Counted from the stretch's first letter, positions 28,692 through 41,521 are shown. The stretch is DNA of 64,000 bases from Octopus vulgaris (GCA_951406725.2 OX597825.1:65100001-65164000), one strand, 5' to 3'. The notes: generated from the sequence alone by a model not told the origin. Made by a program: numbers and translations.

Positions 28692-29232
28692 CGTTTATTT
28701 ATTGGCCACTAGGGCCGAATACAAAACAGGAAGGAACAATACAAAACAAGGGATGATTGAGGCTTAGCAAAAATTTCGTGTATACTATAAAAACAAGACC
28801 AACTCACAATAAGAATTCAACTATAAAATTCCCCAAAAGTGGGTCAGTTCCAATCAGAGACAGCCAAGGAACCCTACACATCCTGGTGACCCACAACAAC
28901 CAAGGCAACCTCAGCAAGCACTTCTCTTCTCAATTCCATCCGGATTACAAGCGTTTGTTCAGTTTCGGCCAATTCATAGAGGTCATCAGCTTTCAACAAA
29001 AATACGTTTCGAAGGGCAGCACTTCCCTTTCCACTCATACTTTCCTTTTTCAAGTTAAACATGAGAAAGTCGATCAGGGCTTGGCCGAACAGGATGTATT
29101 TGTCTTCAAGAGTGCCCAACCTCGCCCACCACTCTACCTTTTTCTCCACAGCCACCAGACTGAAGAGAACTGCCTTCCCTTCCAGGTCAAAAGCAGGTGG
29201 CGGGAAAATCCTTATGATGGACTCGGTTGATA
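28637..29232 (-). mobile_element. 5'-truncated Tx1/L1-clade LINE 3' end with (TTA)n tail
   Basis: Minus strand STESIIRIFPPPAFDLEGKAVLFSLVAVEKKVEWWARLGTLEDKYILFGQALIDFLMFNLK(fs)RKV*VEREVL resembles the Tx1/L1 ORF2 C-terminus. Then a 3' UTR, AATAAA and (TTA)n. Confidence 0.6.
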
Positions 29233-29568
29233 TACAAATACACGTCTAAAAATGTATTTTAATTGGTAATTAGGCAGTATGTTACATATCCCAGGGCCCC
29301 AATAATTGCAGTTATAAAATTGAACCTGTAATCTGGATAGAGTGCAAATTTCTCAATAGATCAGCGTAGGTATTCTCTTTTTCACTGATCTTCAAATTTA
29401 TATTACGTATGTATGTAAGAATTATATATATATATATATATATATATTAACAATTAAGGAACGGCCATAATAGGCCATTCACCCACTAGAAATAACAGCC
29501 AAAGCTTCTACCGCAAATAAAGATCAATTCCGTAAACAGGAGAAAATTAAAAAAACATTTACCCTGTA

Positions 29569-29675
29569 ATTTCTTGTACGGTATACCGTTTCATCTGCTG
29601 TTTAATGGTAAACTAACCTGATTAAATTAAATCAAGCCAATCTTCCATAAGCCCTCAGATTCTTCAGCAAGAAAT
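29569..29675 (-). ncRNA. Type I hammerhead ribozyme, copy 1
   Basis: Minus strand AUUUCUUG-CUGAAGA-AUCUG-(58-nt extension)-CAGAU-GAAAC-GGUAUACC-GUA^CAAGAAAU. Intact core, 8-bp stem I, 5-bp stem II, palindromic stem III. Predicted cut between 29577 and 29576. Confidence 0.9.
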
Positions 29676-30053
29676 AGCTCAAGTCGGAACAGATATTTAC
29701 ACGAGGCATACCCAATCCTGCCAAGGCAATATCTGACCTAAAATTTTCAAATCGTCGCACTCGCGCCAAATTTATCGGCAGCAAATAAATCGTCGATTCC
29801 ATTACGGAATTAACCAAAAAATTCATAATTAATCAATATAGGGTGGCAAGGAAAATTTTGTAGAATTTTTTTGCCACCAGCGGCCCAGTGGGAAAAAATT
29901 AAATAGTCATAGACCATTTTTAAGTTCAACATTAACAATTAAGGAACGGCCATAATAGGCCATTCACCCACTAGAAATAACAGCCAAAGCTTCTACCGCA
30001 AATAAAGATCAATTCCGTAAACAGGAGAAAATTAAAAAAACATTTACCCTGTA

Positions 30054-30160
30054 ATTTCTTGTACGGTATACCGTTTCATCTGCTGTTTAATGGTAAACTA
30101 ACCTGATTAAATTAAATCAAGCCAATCTTCCATAAGCCCTCAGATTCTTCAGCAAGAAAT
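30054..30160 (-). ncRNA. Type I hammerhead ribozyme, copy 2
   Basis: Identical to 29569-29675 shifted by 485 nt. Predicted cut between 30062 and 30061. Confidence 0.9.
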
Positions 30161-30332
30161 AGCTCAAGTCGGAACAGATATTTACACGAGGCATACCCAA
30201 TCCTGCCAAGGCAATATCTGACCTAAAATTTTCAAATCGTCGCACTCGCGCCAAATTTATCGGCAGCAAATAAATCGTCGATTCCATTACGGAATTAACC
30301 AAAAAATTCATATATTGATTAATTAAAAATAA

Positions 30333-30410
<78 letters not shown>

Positions 30411-30429
30411 TTATGTATGTATGTAAAGA

Positions 30430-30660
30430 AATGGGGGAGGCTCTTTCTATCTGTGTTTGTCCCCCACCTCAATTACCTCTTGACAACCGTTGCTGGTGTG
30501 TTTACATCCCTGTAACCTAGCACGTCGGCAAAAGAATACAGTAGAATAAATGTCAGTTTTAAGAAAAAAAATTGCTGGGGCCCATACATTCGACAAAAAA
30601 TTGCTCAAGGCGCTGCCCCAGTATGGCTCCAGTATAATGAGTGAAACGAGTAAAAGATAT
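30430..30660 (+). mobile_element. SINE family A, 3' half, degenerate
   Basis: TTGACAACCGTTGCTGGTGTGTTTACATCCCTGTAAC...GAAACGAGTAAAAGA. Confidence 0.65.
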
Positions 30661-31161
30661 AGATATCAAGTGGAAGACCGCTGAACGTATTTACTTCTTG
30701 TTCAAATGACCACAGACGAGATACACTCTGTCTTACTCTGCAAGAGATTTGCTTGTTTGTAGTATACTCAGCCACTTCTACATTAATTCTATCAAGCCAG
30801 ATGAAACTGCTTTAGAAATTTGGTGATCGGAATTCCAACCAAAATACATTATATAATCTGCAGAATATCTCTGATGCTATATTTTTTGCGTTTGTACGCA
30901 AAATCGTCGTGGCTATGTGGTAGGAAGTTTGGTTCACAATCACATAGTTCACAGGTTCATGCCTACGGCATGGCACCTACGCAATATATCTTATAACCTT
31001 GGGCTGATTAGACGGTTCTGGGTGGATTTGGTAGAGAGAAACTGATAGAAACCCATCAATTATATACATACATACCTAAAAAATAAATGCATACATACCC
31101 GCATGTGTGCGTCTTTTTTTTTGTCTTTCTTCCCACCACCGCTTGACCAGCAGTGTTGGTA

Positions 31162-31465
31162 TTCTTTTACTTGTTCCAGTCATTTGACTGCGGCCATGCT
31201 GAAGCAGCGCCTTTATTCGAACAAATCGACCCCAGGATTTATTCTTTGTAAGCCTCGTACTAATTATATCATTCTCTTTTGCCGAACCGCTACGTTACGT
31301 GTACGTAAACACACCAACATCGGTTACCAAGCGATGGTGGGGATACAAACAAAGACATAAATACACACACACTTGTATATGTAAGACGGGCTTCTTTCAG
31401 TTTCCGTCTACCAAATGCACTCAGAAGGCTTTGGTCGACCCGAGGCTATATTAGAAGACACTTGC
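31162..31465 (-). mobile_element. SINE family A, lacking head
   Basis: CAGTCATTTGACTGCGGCCATGCT...CTTCTTTCAGTTTCCGTCTACCAAAT, as in 335-745. Confidence 0.8.
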
Positions 31466-31546
31466 GGAAGATGCTACGCAAGATGTGTAATTACATATAT
31501 ATGTGTGTGTAAATGTGTAAATGAACACAACGGTTGGTTAGGTGTA

Positions 31547-31604
<58 letters not shown>

Positions 31605-31795
31605 TATATACATACATGCATACACACATACATGCATGCATACATACATAAACGTCAATGTGTTTATGTGTTTGCATAAACATGTGTGATGTATTTATCT
31701 TTGTAAGGAGAAGCAGTTACATCTACTTTAATTCGAATCCACCATTCTAAGATCTACTAACCTTAAGTACATATATATACATATATATATACACG

Positions 31796-31855
<60 letters not shown>

Positions 31856-33124
31856 TAATGTATCCGGTACTACTCTTTTCTTTTGTTTTAGCAACACATT
31901 GATTAGCTGTAAGTATCTCTGCTCAGCTATGAGGAAAATCGTTGCTTGTTCCTTTCTTGTTCCAGTTATATTATACTGTACAGTATAATTGATTAACCAT
32001 ACTAAGATCATATATACCGATTTGATTGAATTAGCCAATTAAACTTGAATTTGATACACTGATTTCATTAAGTAAATCAATTAATTAATCTTGGATTGGT
32101 TATATTTATTCAATCAAATGAAACAACACTGAACTCGATAAATAGATTTTGTCAAAGTTATCGATTAACCTCAAACCTGATTTCATTTAAGTAATCAACT
32201 AATTAATTGAGGAAATCTCACAATAGGTTTGGTCATGTAATCAACTTTACTTAACAAAATAACGACAGAGAGAGAGAGAGCGAGAGAGACAGAGATGGGT
32301 GTAAGTATTAGAAAGAGAGAAAGAGAAGAGAAAGTTCGGAACAGTGAGAATAAGTGGAGGGGTATGGAGAGGTAGCAAGAAAGTTAGAGAGAGAGGGAGA
32401 GAGAGAAAGAAAGAGAGATGAGTACCTCCACGTAGTTTTTCGATTCTGGTAAACGACAGCTAAGTACTGCATATCGATAGGAGTAGCTCACTTGGTTTCG
32501 TTTCTCAAGTATCTGCAAATATATATTAACAGATTCACAACTAAATCAAATTGATAGTCTATAATATACGATGCTGTCTATCTACATCAACGCCTCGCAA
32601 AGTGTGAGATATTTAACACAATTCCCAAAAGTATTGTGGGTGGATTTGGTAGACGGAAACTAAAGGAAACCCGCTGTGCGAGTAAATAAGGAAAGGTATT
32701 ACAGAATTATTTTCTTCTATATATGAATTTCAGAATAATCGCTTTCTTTACTATTTCATTCTGTTTATTTTTCACGATATTGTCTCCATTATGGTGTTGT
32801 TATGAGGTCAGACTATAGTAGTTTTTTGTATCACATAGGTAAATGAATACGTTTCCTTTCTTGTTCCGTTATCTGTCACACATATACATACCTATTTTAT
32901 AACAGGTTTCAATTCAACGTCTTAACAATGTATATGTAGATATATACGAAAATACAGATCATGTCTAATAACAATAGACCTCTTTGTCTCTCTCCCCTCT
33001 CTTACACATACACATTCTCACGCACGTGCACACTCATATATAGGTATATATGTACATGCAAATATATATATATATGTGTGTGTGTGTCTGTGTGTGTGTG
33101 TGTGTGAGTGCGTGTGTGTGTATG

Positions 33125-33565
33125 TAGAAGGATGAAAAGGAACACACGAGTTGATATGTATAAGAAAAATAGGACAAGGTAGAAAATGCTAAAATTATTT
33201 TATCGTGAAGAACATTTTAGTACCGGTTTCAGCCTTTACGACTTTTTCAACTTGGAGTCAAGCATGGAAAACGATTAAATTGTGGAAAAATTAAATGAAA
33301 TGTTTTTTAAAATATTTCCATAGTTTTCAGATGCAAGGAACATATTCCTTTTTCTCTCTGTCTCTGTCTCTCAGTTTTACTCATGTCCTATGCATTTGAA
33401 AACTATAGAAATATCTTTTTAAACATTTCATTTTTTCACAATTTAATTGTTTTTCATGCTTTACTCTAAGTTGAAAAAGTCGCAAAGACTGAAACCTGTA
33501 CTAAAATGTTCTTCACGATAAAATTATTTTAGCATTTTCTATCTTGTTTTATTTTCCTTATATAT
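33125..33565. mobile_element. Foldback element (inverted Penelope-type pLTRs) with variant minimal hammerhead in each arm
   Basis: Imperfect ~190-bp inverted arms 33155-33345 and ~33382-33565. Arms read UUGAAAA-AGUC-G(C/U)AAA-G(A/G)CU-GAAAC-C(G/U)-GUA at 33219-33252 (-) and 33469-33502 (+). Flanked by (TG)n/(TA)n. Confidence 0.7.
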
Positions 33566-34069
33566 GTGTGTGTGTGTGTGTGTGTTTATGTATGCATGTA
33601 TGCATATATGTAAATTGCGAAACCGATGAAATGACGCCATTGCTTTCTACATCACCAATATTCACCAGATTTTCAAAATTTACATAAGAGTGACTTTACC
33701 TGAAATACGTTCAGACGATATATATATACTTAAGAAATAGATTAAACACCCTCTGACCTTTTCTATAATTATTTGGTTTAGCTTTTCATAAACTTTTCAA
33801 CAGCTAGGATCAATAACGATCCTCAGGAACTACACTCAGAATGTGTCAGCTACACATTGGATTAAATAGACCTAGCATTATATTCTGCATGGAAAGATGT
33901 AAGGCGGTTCTGTGTTCATCGGGAATCGAATTCACATGATAATGGGATTTAAATATGTATGTGTGTATGAATACATATTATGTGTATATTAATGTATATT
34001 TTATTTTTATGTGTATATGTTTGGTTTTATACATTTATGTTTATGTCTATATATACATATGTATATGTG

Positions 34070-34136
<67 letters not shown>

Positions 34137-34324
34137 TGTGTGTATATATGTATGTTCTTATATGTGAGTGAATGATCGTTTGCGCCGATAACCTGGTTTA
34201 TTTCAATAACGCAGAGCGTTGGACAGATCTTGTTGTATTTAAACAGTTGCTTCCCTTTCTGGTCACTGCTAGTCATTTCTGTTTCCGTCATGCCAATTTT
34301 ATTTTTTAAATATCTTATTACTCT

Positions 34325-34472
34325 AAGGCGGCAAGCTGTAGAAACGTTAGCATGCCGTTGGAGGGGGAAATGCTCATCGGTATTTCGTCTGTCTTTACGT
34401 TCTGAGTTCAAAATCCGCCGAGATCAACTTTGCCTTTTATCCTTTCGAGGTCGATAAATTAAGTACCAGTTA
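34325..34472 (+). mobile_element. SINE family B, 3'-truncated
   Basis: AAGGCGGCAAGCTGTAGAAACGTTAG...GAGTTCAAAATCCGCCGAGATCAACTTTGCCTTTTATCCTTTCGAGGTCGATAAATTAAGTACCAG. Confidence 0.8.
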
Positions 34473-34686
34473 ATATATATTTCATTCAGGTTTCAAGGCA
34501 ACGCTTGATTCGAAACCAATTTGATAGACCTGATCTATTAGTAAATCATTTCTAAGTGTGAGACCCGAAGTAGATACAATTATATGTAGACGCTTGAAAA
34601 ATATGTGGTTAAAAAAGAGCAATTAGATAGATAAATTTGAGAACTTCGCACGTATGGTTTTCTACGCAATATTATTTATAGCTTTA

Positions 34687-35072
34687 AGGCGACGAGCTGG
34701 TAGAAACGTTAGCACGCCGGGCGAAATGATTAGCCGCTACGTTCTGAGTTCAAATTCCGCCGAGGTCAAATTTGCTTTTCTTCCTTTCGGCGACTATTAA
34801 ATAAGTACCAGTTACGCACTGGAGTCGATATAATCGACTTGATCTGTTTTTCTGTCTTTGTTTGTCCTCTCTGGGTTTAGCCCCTTGTGGGTAGTAAAGA
34901 AATAGGTATTACCTCTGCCGTTACGTTCTGAATTCAAAATCCGCCGAGATCAACTTTGCCTTTCATCATTTCGGGGTCGATAAATTAAGTACCAGTTGCT
35001 ACTGCGGTCGATCTAATCGACTGGCCCCCTCCCCCAAAATTTCGGTCCTTGTGTCTAGAGCAGGAAAGAATA
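34687..35072 (+). mobile_element. Dimeric SINE family B (full monomer plus headless monomer with a different tail)
   Basis: Two copies of TACGTTCTGAGTTCAAATTCCGCCGAG...AAGTACCAGTT, with tails GCCCCTTGTGGGTAGTAAAGAAATA and CCCCTCCCCCAAAATTTC...AAAGAA. Confidence 0.8.
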
Positions 35073-36476
35073 TCATTTCTAGCTTTATTAACTCCGACTT
35101 CCATCATAAAAATTGATTTATTTCATATCTCTCGAACTTTCTAAATTTTCATTACGTGAATAATAAATCAGTATTTTATAAGCAATGATTTATAGAATTA
35201 GGAAGAAAACTAAGAAATAAAATAGTCTCAATTCTCTGGGATTCCAACATCAAATATTTGAAATGTGTGGAAGAAGAATAAGACCAAAATCCAAATCCAT
35301 ACCTAACCTAGTGAATTATAGGTTTTCTTTGACTTACAATTGGAACTCGATAATGCATGAATATAATAAAAACGAAAGCATATTGAACGTTCTTCTGATA
35401 AAGCACATAATGATTTCTAAATGTTTGACATTATAGTAGGGTGTGGTAAGCGAAAAACAACGTATTCAACGAGAGAATCGAAGCAAGGCTAGCAAAATAG
35501 TTTAGAGTTTTAACATGAAAGGAATGGAATTTGTACTTGAACGTTTTACACGATTTGGTGAATCAGGCAATCTGAAATGAAATATTCATGTTAAGGAACC
35601 TGAAACCAAAGAAAATAAATAAGAAACGGGTTATAGCTTAGAATATTTGCAAGTCAAATAGTAAATAACTGAAGCGGACAAAACCTCGCATAAGCTGCTC
35701 CACTTACCTATTTGCTTCTCTTTGTTTTCTATTTCTATCATTTTGTCGGTCTTTCTTTCTTATTATTTCTCTCTCTCTCTCATTCGTTCTGTCGCTATCT
35801 GTTTCTCTCTCACTCTTGCTCCCCACCCGCTCTCACACTTTCACTTGCTCTGTGTTTGAGTGTGTACGTACGTAGGTATGTACATACGCACTTGTGTGTC
35901 TGAACACGGAAATATACATATATAAGTACACATATATATATATATGTGTGTGTATGTGCGTTTTTGTTTTCAAATGCCTTTACTATCTCTTTGTTTATAT
36001 TTTCCCGCGTCCTTCTTTCCACCTTTACCCACTCAGACATACTTTCACTCTTTCTCGGTGTGTTTCTGTCTCTCTCTCTCAGCCACAAACTCCCACTCTG
36101 TCTATCTATCTATCTATCTATCCATCGCTCCCTCTTGGTGTCTCTATCTCTGTTCCTTATGCCTCTTTTGTTATTTTTCTCATTGTTAATATGTAGTAAG
36201 ACACTAAAAGTAAGAGAAGCTGGCAAACATGCAGTTCAAATGATTACGCTATATTCAAATATTAACCGTTTCTTCCTGCCTTGTGTTATTATAATATTCT
36301 TTTTGTTTTGCTAAGGATTGAAGAAGCAAATGTTAAGCCCTTATAAATACAAGTACATGACCCCCGTCTTCCTTTCTTTCAAAGTTTGGTATGGCATTTT
36401 GCGTAAAATTCTCTTTCATAGCATCCGTGTATATATATACATACATACATACGTACATACATACATACATACATAT

Positions 36477-36511
<35 letters not shown>

Positions 36512-36514
36512 CAC

Positions 36515-36547
<33 letters not shown>

Positions 36548-36592
36548 CATATGTATATATATACATATATATATACATACATATATACATAA

Positions 36593-36639
<47 letters not shown>

Positions 36640-37289
36640 CTAATATTTCTCTTTCTCACTAAAAGGGACTCCAGCGTAAGGAATGTACTATATAGTTCGT
36701 CGCTTTACTTAAAATATCAAACGTTCACATCCATTTGGAGCTGTCAGTTTACTAAGATTCAATAGACTATCAGTTTCAGAATCGTACAAACAACAACGGC
36801 GACGATGCTGCTTCTGTTCCACGATGCTAGCAAGTAAATTGACTCCACGAGCTAGTCCATTTGTAAGAAGATATTGTCGCTAAAAACGTCGTTAATAAAA
36901 CGACAATTCTACTGTGTTAAAACCAAAGGAAGTCGGTAGTGATTTGAGAAAGCATTTTTAGCTGTTCAAATCATTTAATGTTTTAAATAACTACTTCAAT
37001 GAATAACTAATGTTTATTGCGCCTTATCGATTTTTCTTTCACTATAAACCAAAATTGATACAATTTATAGGATTTTATTTATTTATTATATTTGTTTGTT
37101 TTGTTATATTTCGTTTTTTTTTTTGTACATGATCACGTCGATATTTTGATTTCACAATTGAACGGTAGTGATCAATATATTTATTGCGATATTAAAATGT
37201 CAGCAAAATTATTTCTCTTTTGCATAGATATTTAGTTGTAGCTATATATATATATAGATAGAAAGATAGATAGATAGATAGACAGATAG

Positions 37290-37334
<45 letters not shown>

Positions 37335-38493
37335 ATCTTAGTTATTATTATTATTATTTGTCCATCATCATGAACATTTTTTTTATTTCCTGTAGAAATT
37401 AATCAATTCAAAAATGCATAAAAAATACATATATTATTGTAAATAGCTCTACTGAAACGCAAAACCGAGTATTGATTCAGTGCTTAGCTAGTTTTCAAAG
37501 ACTCGTTTAAACGATAGATCATTTGGTGTATAAGACACACATTTTTCTTTTTGTTAGTATTTTTCTTATATGTTTGTATCTTTTTAAACTAGATAGCTTC
37601 ATTAGATAATTTGGCTAAAAGGAAATAAAATTTATTAAAAATTAAAATTCTTTCATGCTAATATAAATTTATATATTGAATGAACTTCTGTTTTTTCGGT
37701 TTTTCTTTCTTCTTGTTTTCTTAATTTTAGGACTTAAATTCGAAGGATTATCAATAAATGTAGGAAATGAGAGAGTGGCATTTCCCACAGTAAAATAAAA
37801 CTTTAAATGAAAACGCTCCACCATTATACTGTGTTCACTAGTTTCGGCCTTTCAGTTTTAGATACAAGTAGATAGCGTTTGAGTACGCACTTACAGCAGT
37901 TAGCTACTCCAAGTAACTAGCAAGAATTATAGAAACGCTGCTTATATTAATAGAGTTGCTCGAGATTTTAGTTTTCTTTTCTATTCTTAAGTGTTTATAT
38001 CAAGAGCACGTGCGGTCGTGTCTTTACAGAGTAAATCTAAACCGAATAGATGTTTATATTTTTCTATTTTAGTAAGAAAAAAACATCTTTATTTTATTAT
38101 TGACTACGCAAACGTTTTTTCCATTGTTTTGTTTACACTGATCGAGTGCATTGTAGAGTAGTTCATTATCTGTTTGAAACTACTTTTAAGATATGGCATT
38201 CCCTGAAGTCTAGCTTGGAAACGATAAAGGTCTCTTCTCATCAATGGTATGCTAGCCACTTGCTCTCTCATTAAACACATTATTATAGATAACTTCTTAC
38301 TAACCTTCAGAACGGAGCAGAACATTGAATTCCACAAAGAACTTCATAGTACAACTATTTTCAGCTAATTATCCACTTCTATCTCTCCCTCTCTGTTGTT
38401 TTGAGTAACTTTTCGATCTCTCTCTCTCTCTCTCTCTTTTTCTGTCTATCTATATCTCCCACACTCTGTCTCTCTACCTATCTATCGCTCCCG

Positions 38494-38527
<34 letters not shown>

Positions 38528-39165
38528 GCTCTCTCTCTCTGTCGCGCTCTCTCTCTCCCCTTCTCTCTCATTTTACTTCCATCATAGCATAGCTCTCAGT
38601 AAACGTGGAAACGAAGATCAATTTTGCGAATCTTTAAAACTTGTGTAAACCAATCCATTGATGTTTTCTTTCTATAACCATCAGAATGTTTCGGGCGAAT
38701 ATGTTTAAAGCCTTATAAACATTTTTCTAAAAACTTTATATGTTGATTCGTTTACTTACTTATTTGTTTATCTATTACATTTTCGACCGAGTAGAGTCAT
38801 ATACCGCTCTTTGAAATCCGTATGACTTTTATGTGTATGCTACTGCACGGATTACAAGTAGAGATAAATTGATTTTTTTTCCTCTTTAATTAGAGGGTTA
38901 TACATGGGTTATCATAGAAAATTCTTCCAAAAGACTCTCCGTGAATAATGTCTATTATTAACATAGATAATACATCGAAGGTCACTGAACGTATTACGAT
39001 TGGTGAACAAAAGATTTAGAATTCACGTATGCATAAAAGAAAATGTATTTTCAAAGTCTTTGTGAGATCCTAGGCTTTCTCTGATCTGATTTTGTTTTCT
39101 TTTTTGTGGGACCAAAACAGCTACTTGCCCAACACACTGAGAGCCATTTATCTTTGATATATATG

Positions 39166-39232
<67 letters not shown>

Positions 39233-39256
39233 ATATATATGTATATATATGTATGT

Positions 39257-39293
<37 letters not shown>

Positions 39294-41521
39294 ACGTTTT
39301 AGTTGTAAGCTTTTATAATATTTTATGCCACGCTCCAGTAAACAAACATATTAAATGGAAATAAAATTACATTTAGATTCTTCTTCAGCAAAGTGTTTGG
39401 TATTTGCTCAGTGATTTCGAATAGATATGGCGTAAACTATTTTACTGTAAACAAGATTGTTTTACTTTAAATATGGAATTATTTATTGTCTGAAAGACGC
39501 TGAAATAAAATATATTAACAAAATATATTGCATCAATCATGTTTTCGAAGAAAACGTTACATTCTACATAGCTGTAGTACATTATTATAATATGAAACAT
39601 TACATTATATAGGACTGAACTTTGACCTATGGATTCTTTTTTTTTTTCTTTTTTTTAAAAAAAAGGTCACGTATTTCGTGACAGTTTATCCGGAGTTATC
39701 TGCCCGAATATTTAATGAAAGCTGGCGGTGACAGTAAAGAGAATAGGATGTTCTTCTGACAGCGAGAGGAGAGAATAATATCAGCAGGAATTACAGAACG
39801 TCTGATTTTGGCACTGACAACAGATTTCATCGCATAACTGCTAACAGACGGAAACGAAGCGTAATATTCCTGGAGAGAAGCTTGGGAAGAGAATATTTCA
39901 GCGTTACGAAATTAAAGGAAGTTCTGAGCTACCGGGGAAAGGATCTCTTTTAGAAATCTGAAACTATTTTGAAGGAAATAACAAACGAAGAAAGAGAGAG
40001 TATTATTTCATGGGAGCAGAAACGCATATTTTTATTCTTTTATTTTGTATTTTCTTATTTGATGTATTTTTTAGTATTAAAAAAAAACAGTAAAAAGGAA
40101 CATCAGCTCGAGTTATATTCACCAAGGAAATTATTCTATAAAGATTTATTTTCATTGCCTTTTATCTTCATTTATTTTTCTTTTTTAGTTTTAGCTATAC
40201 CAAAACAATGGTCTCTGTAACTTGTTTACATTTTATATATATTCTTTCTTTTCATGAAGTTAGTGAAATCATTGTGGCCTAAAGCTAAACGGGTGGATAG
40301 TTTGCGTATTAAAGAAACGGAATACGGCCCTAAACTCCAGATATGATGATAATATATCGCAAATTACATTTCTTGAATAGTTTGGCTTCCATTTCTAGTA
40401 TTTCGGTAAACTGAAACATCGGGGGAATTATGTACTTTATCCTGGATATGGGCATAGAAAATATGGGTAGGTGGTCGGTTAAGATTTTAACTCTTGTGCT
40501 AAGAGAATAGAGTAAAATCGAATCTACAATTAGATTTATCTTCAGAAATTGTTATGTAACATCAATTTAATTGCGCTGACAGAGTCCAGTTGGTTCCATC
40601 CCCTGTATATGTTTATATTGCTGATATATTTTCTTTCCATCGATCCTAAAAAATATACACGATGCAATAAGTTCTCAACAGTTATATGATATTCAGTTCA
40701 ATGCTTTATCGTTTCAGTCACTTCCACTTAACTATTCATATAACCTTAAGTTATTAGCCGTTGTGTATCGTTATTATGAATAGATCATTTATAAGGCATA
40801 GAATACGACAAAAGATATAGATTTTTATTTTTGTTGTGAAACAAATGTACTATTTCTTAGTGATAGAGATAAATGAGATAATGCAATTTTTGATAATGTT
40901 TTCCTCAAAGATATTCATTGCACACGTGAAATGAACTGCTTAGACTGAAAATCTCAAGTTTCTAATAGTCAGTAAATAACTTCTCGCCTGAAGTGGTCAC
41001 CGCCATGACATATAGCGGATTTCATTCAGCGTCAAGAAGCTTCAGACTTAAAGATAATAATGAATAGGGATTTATGACGTTCGTAGATTTGCTAAGAGCA
41101 TTAAGGATGGGTATGAAGTGCTTCCGTATTCAAATCGATAATATTTCGTAGAGTCAGTTCAGCAAATATTTACTGCCTCAAGTCTATAAATACTAGATAA
41201 TTCGCTAGAAAGCTCTGGTTTTGTCAAAGTAAAAGCCACCTTCTTTTGTACAGGTTTATAGCAGATCGAATCTGTGAGCGTTGCTAACTGATACTTATTT
41301 TATTGACCCAAGGAAGATGAAAGTCAAAGAGGGTCATGGCAGACTTTCACACGAAAAAGTGTCTAGCGGCTTTAGACGGAAATAAACACGGCTGGGATTT
41401 AAAATATCCACGTCTTCTGATTTCCGTGTTATATATACTTTACCAAATTTAGTGTGTGCCAGTGTGTATATGAATTCAATACATACACACATACATAGAC
41501 ACATACATATACATTTATATA

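Larger units (their letters stand above)
29446..30324 (-). mobile_element. Retrozyme-like / Penelope-associated non-autonomous element: 382-bp direct repeats at 485-nt period, in (TA)n
   Basis: 29446-29827 equals 29931-30312, with a 103-bp spacer. One type I hammerhead per repeat; (TA)n on both sides. Confidence 0.8.

Noticed and set aside
28757-29230. 157-aa plus-strand ORF
   Set aside because: Antisense to the LINE ORF2 remnant on the minus strand.
29632-29826. 64-aa minus-strand ORF repeated in both units
   Set aside because: No recognisable motif, overlaps the ribozyme, and is duplicated only because the unit is.
39700-40020. Coding-looking purine-rich stretch
   Set aside because: Stops in the frames I examined and no recognisable domain or splice structure.
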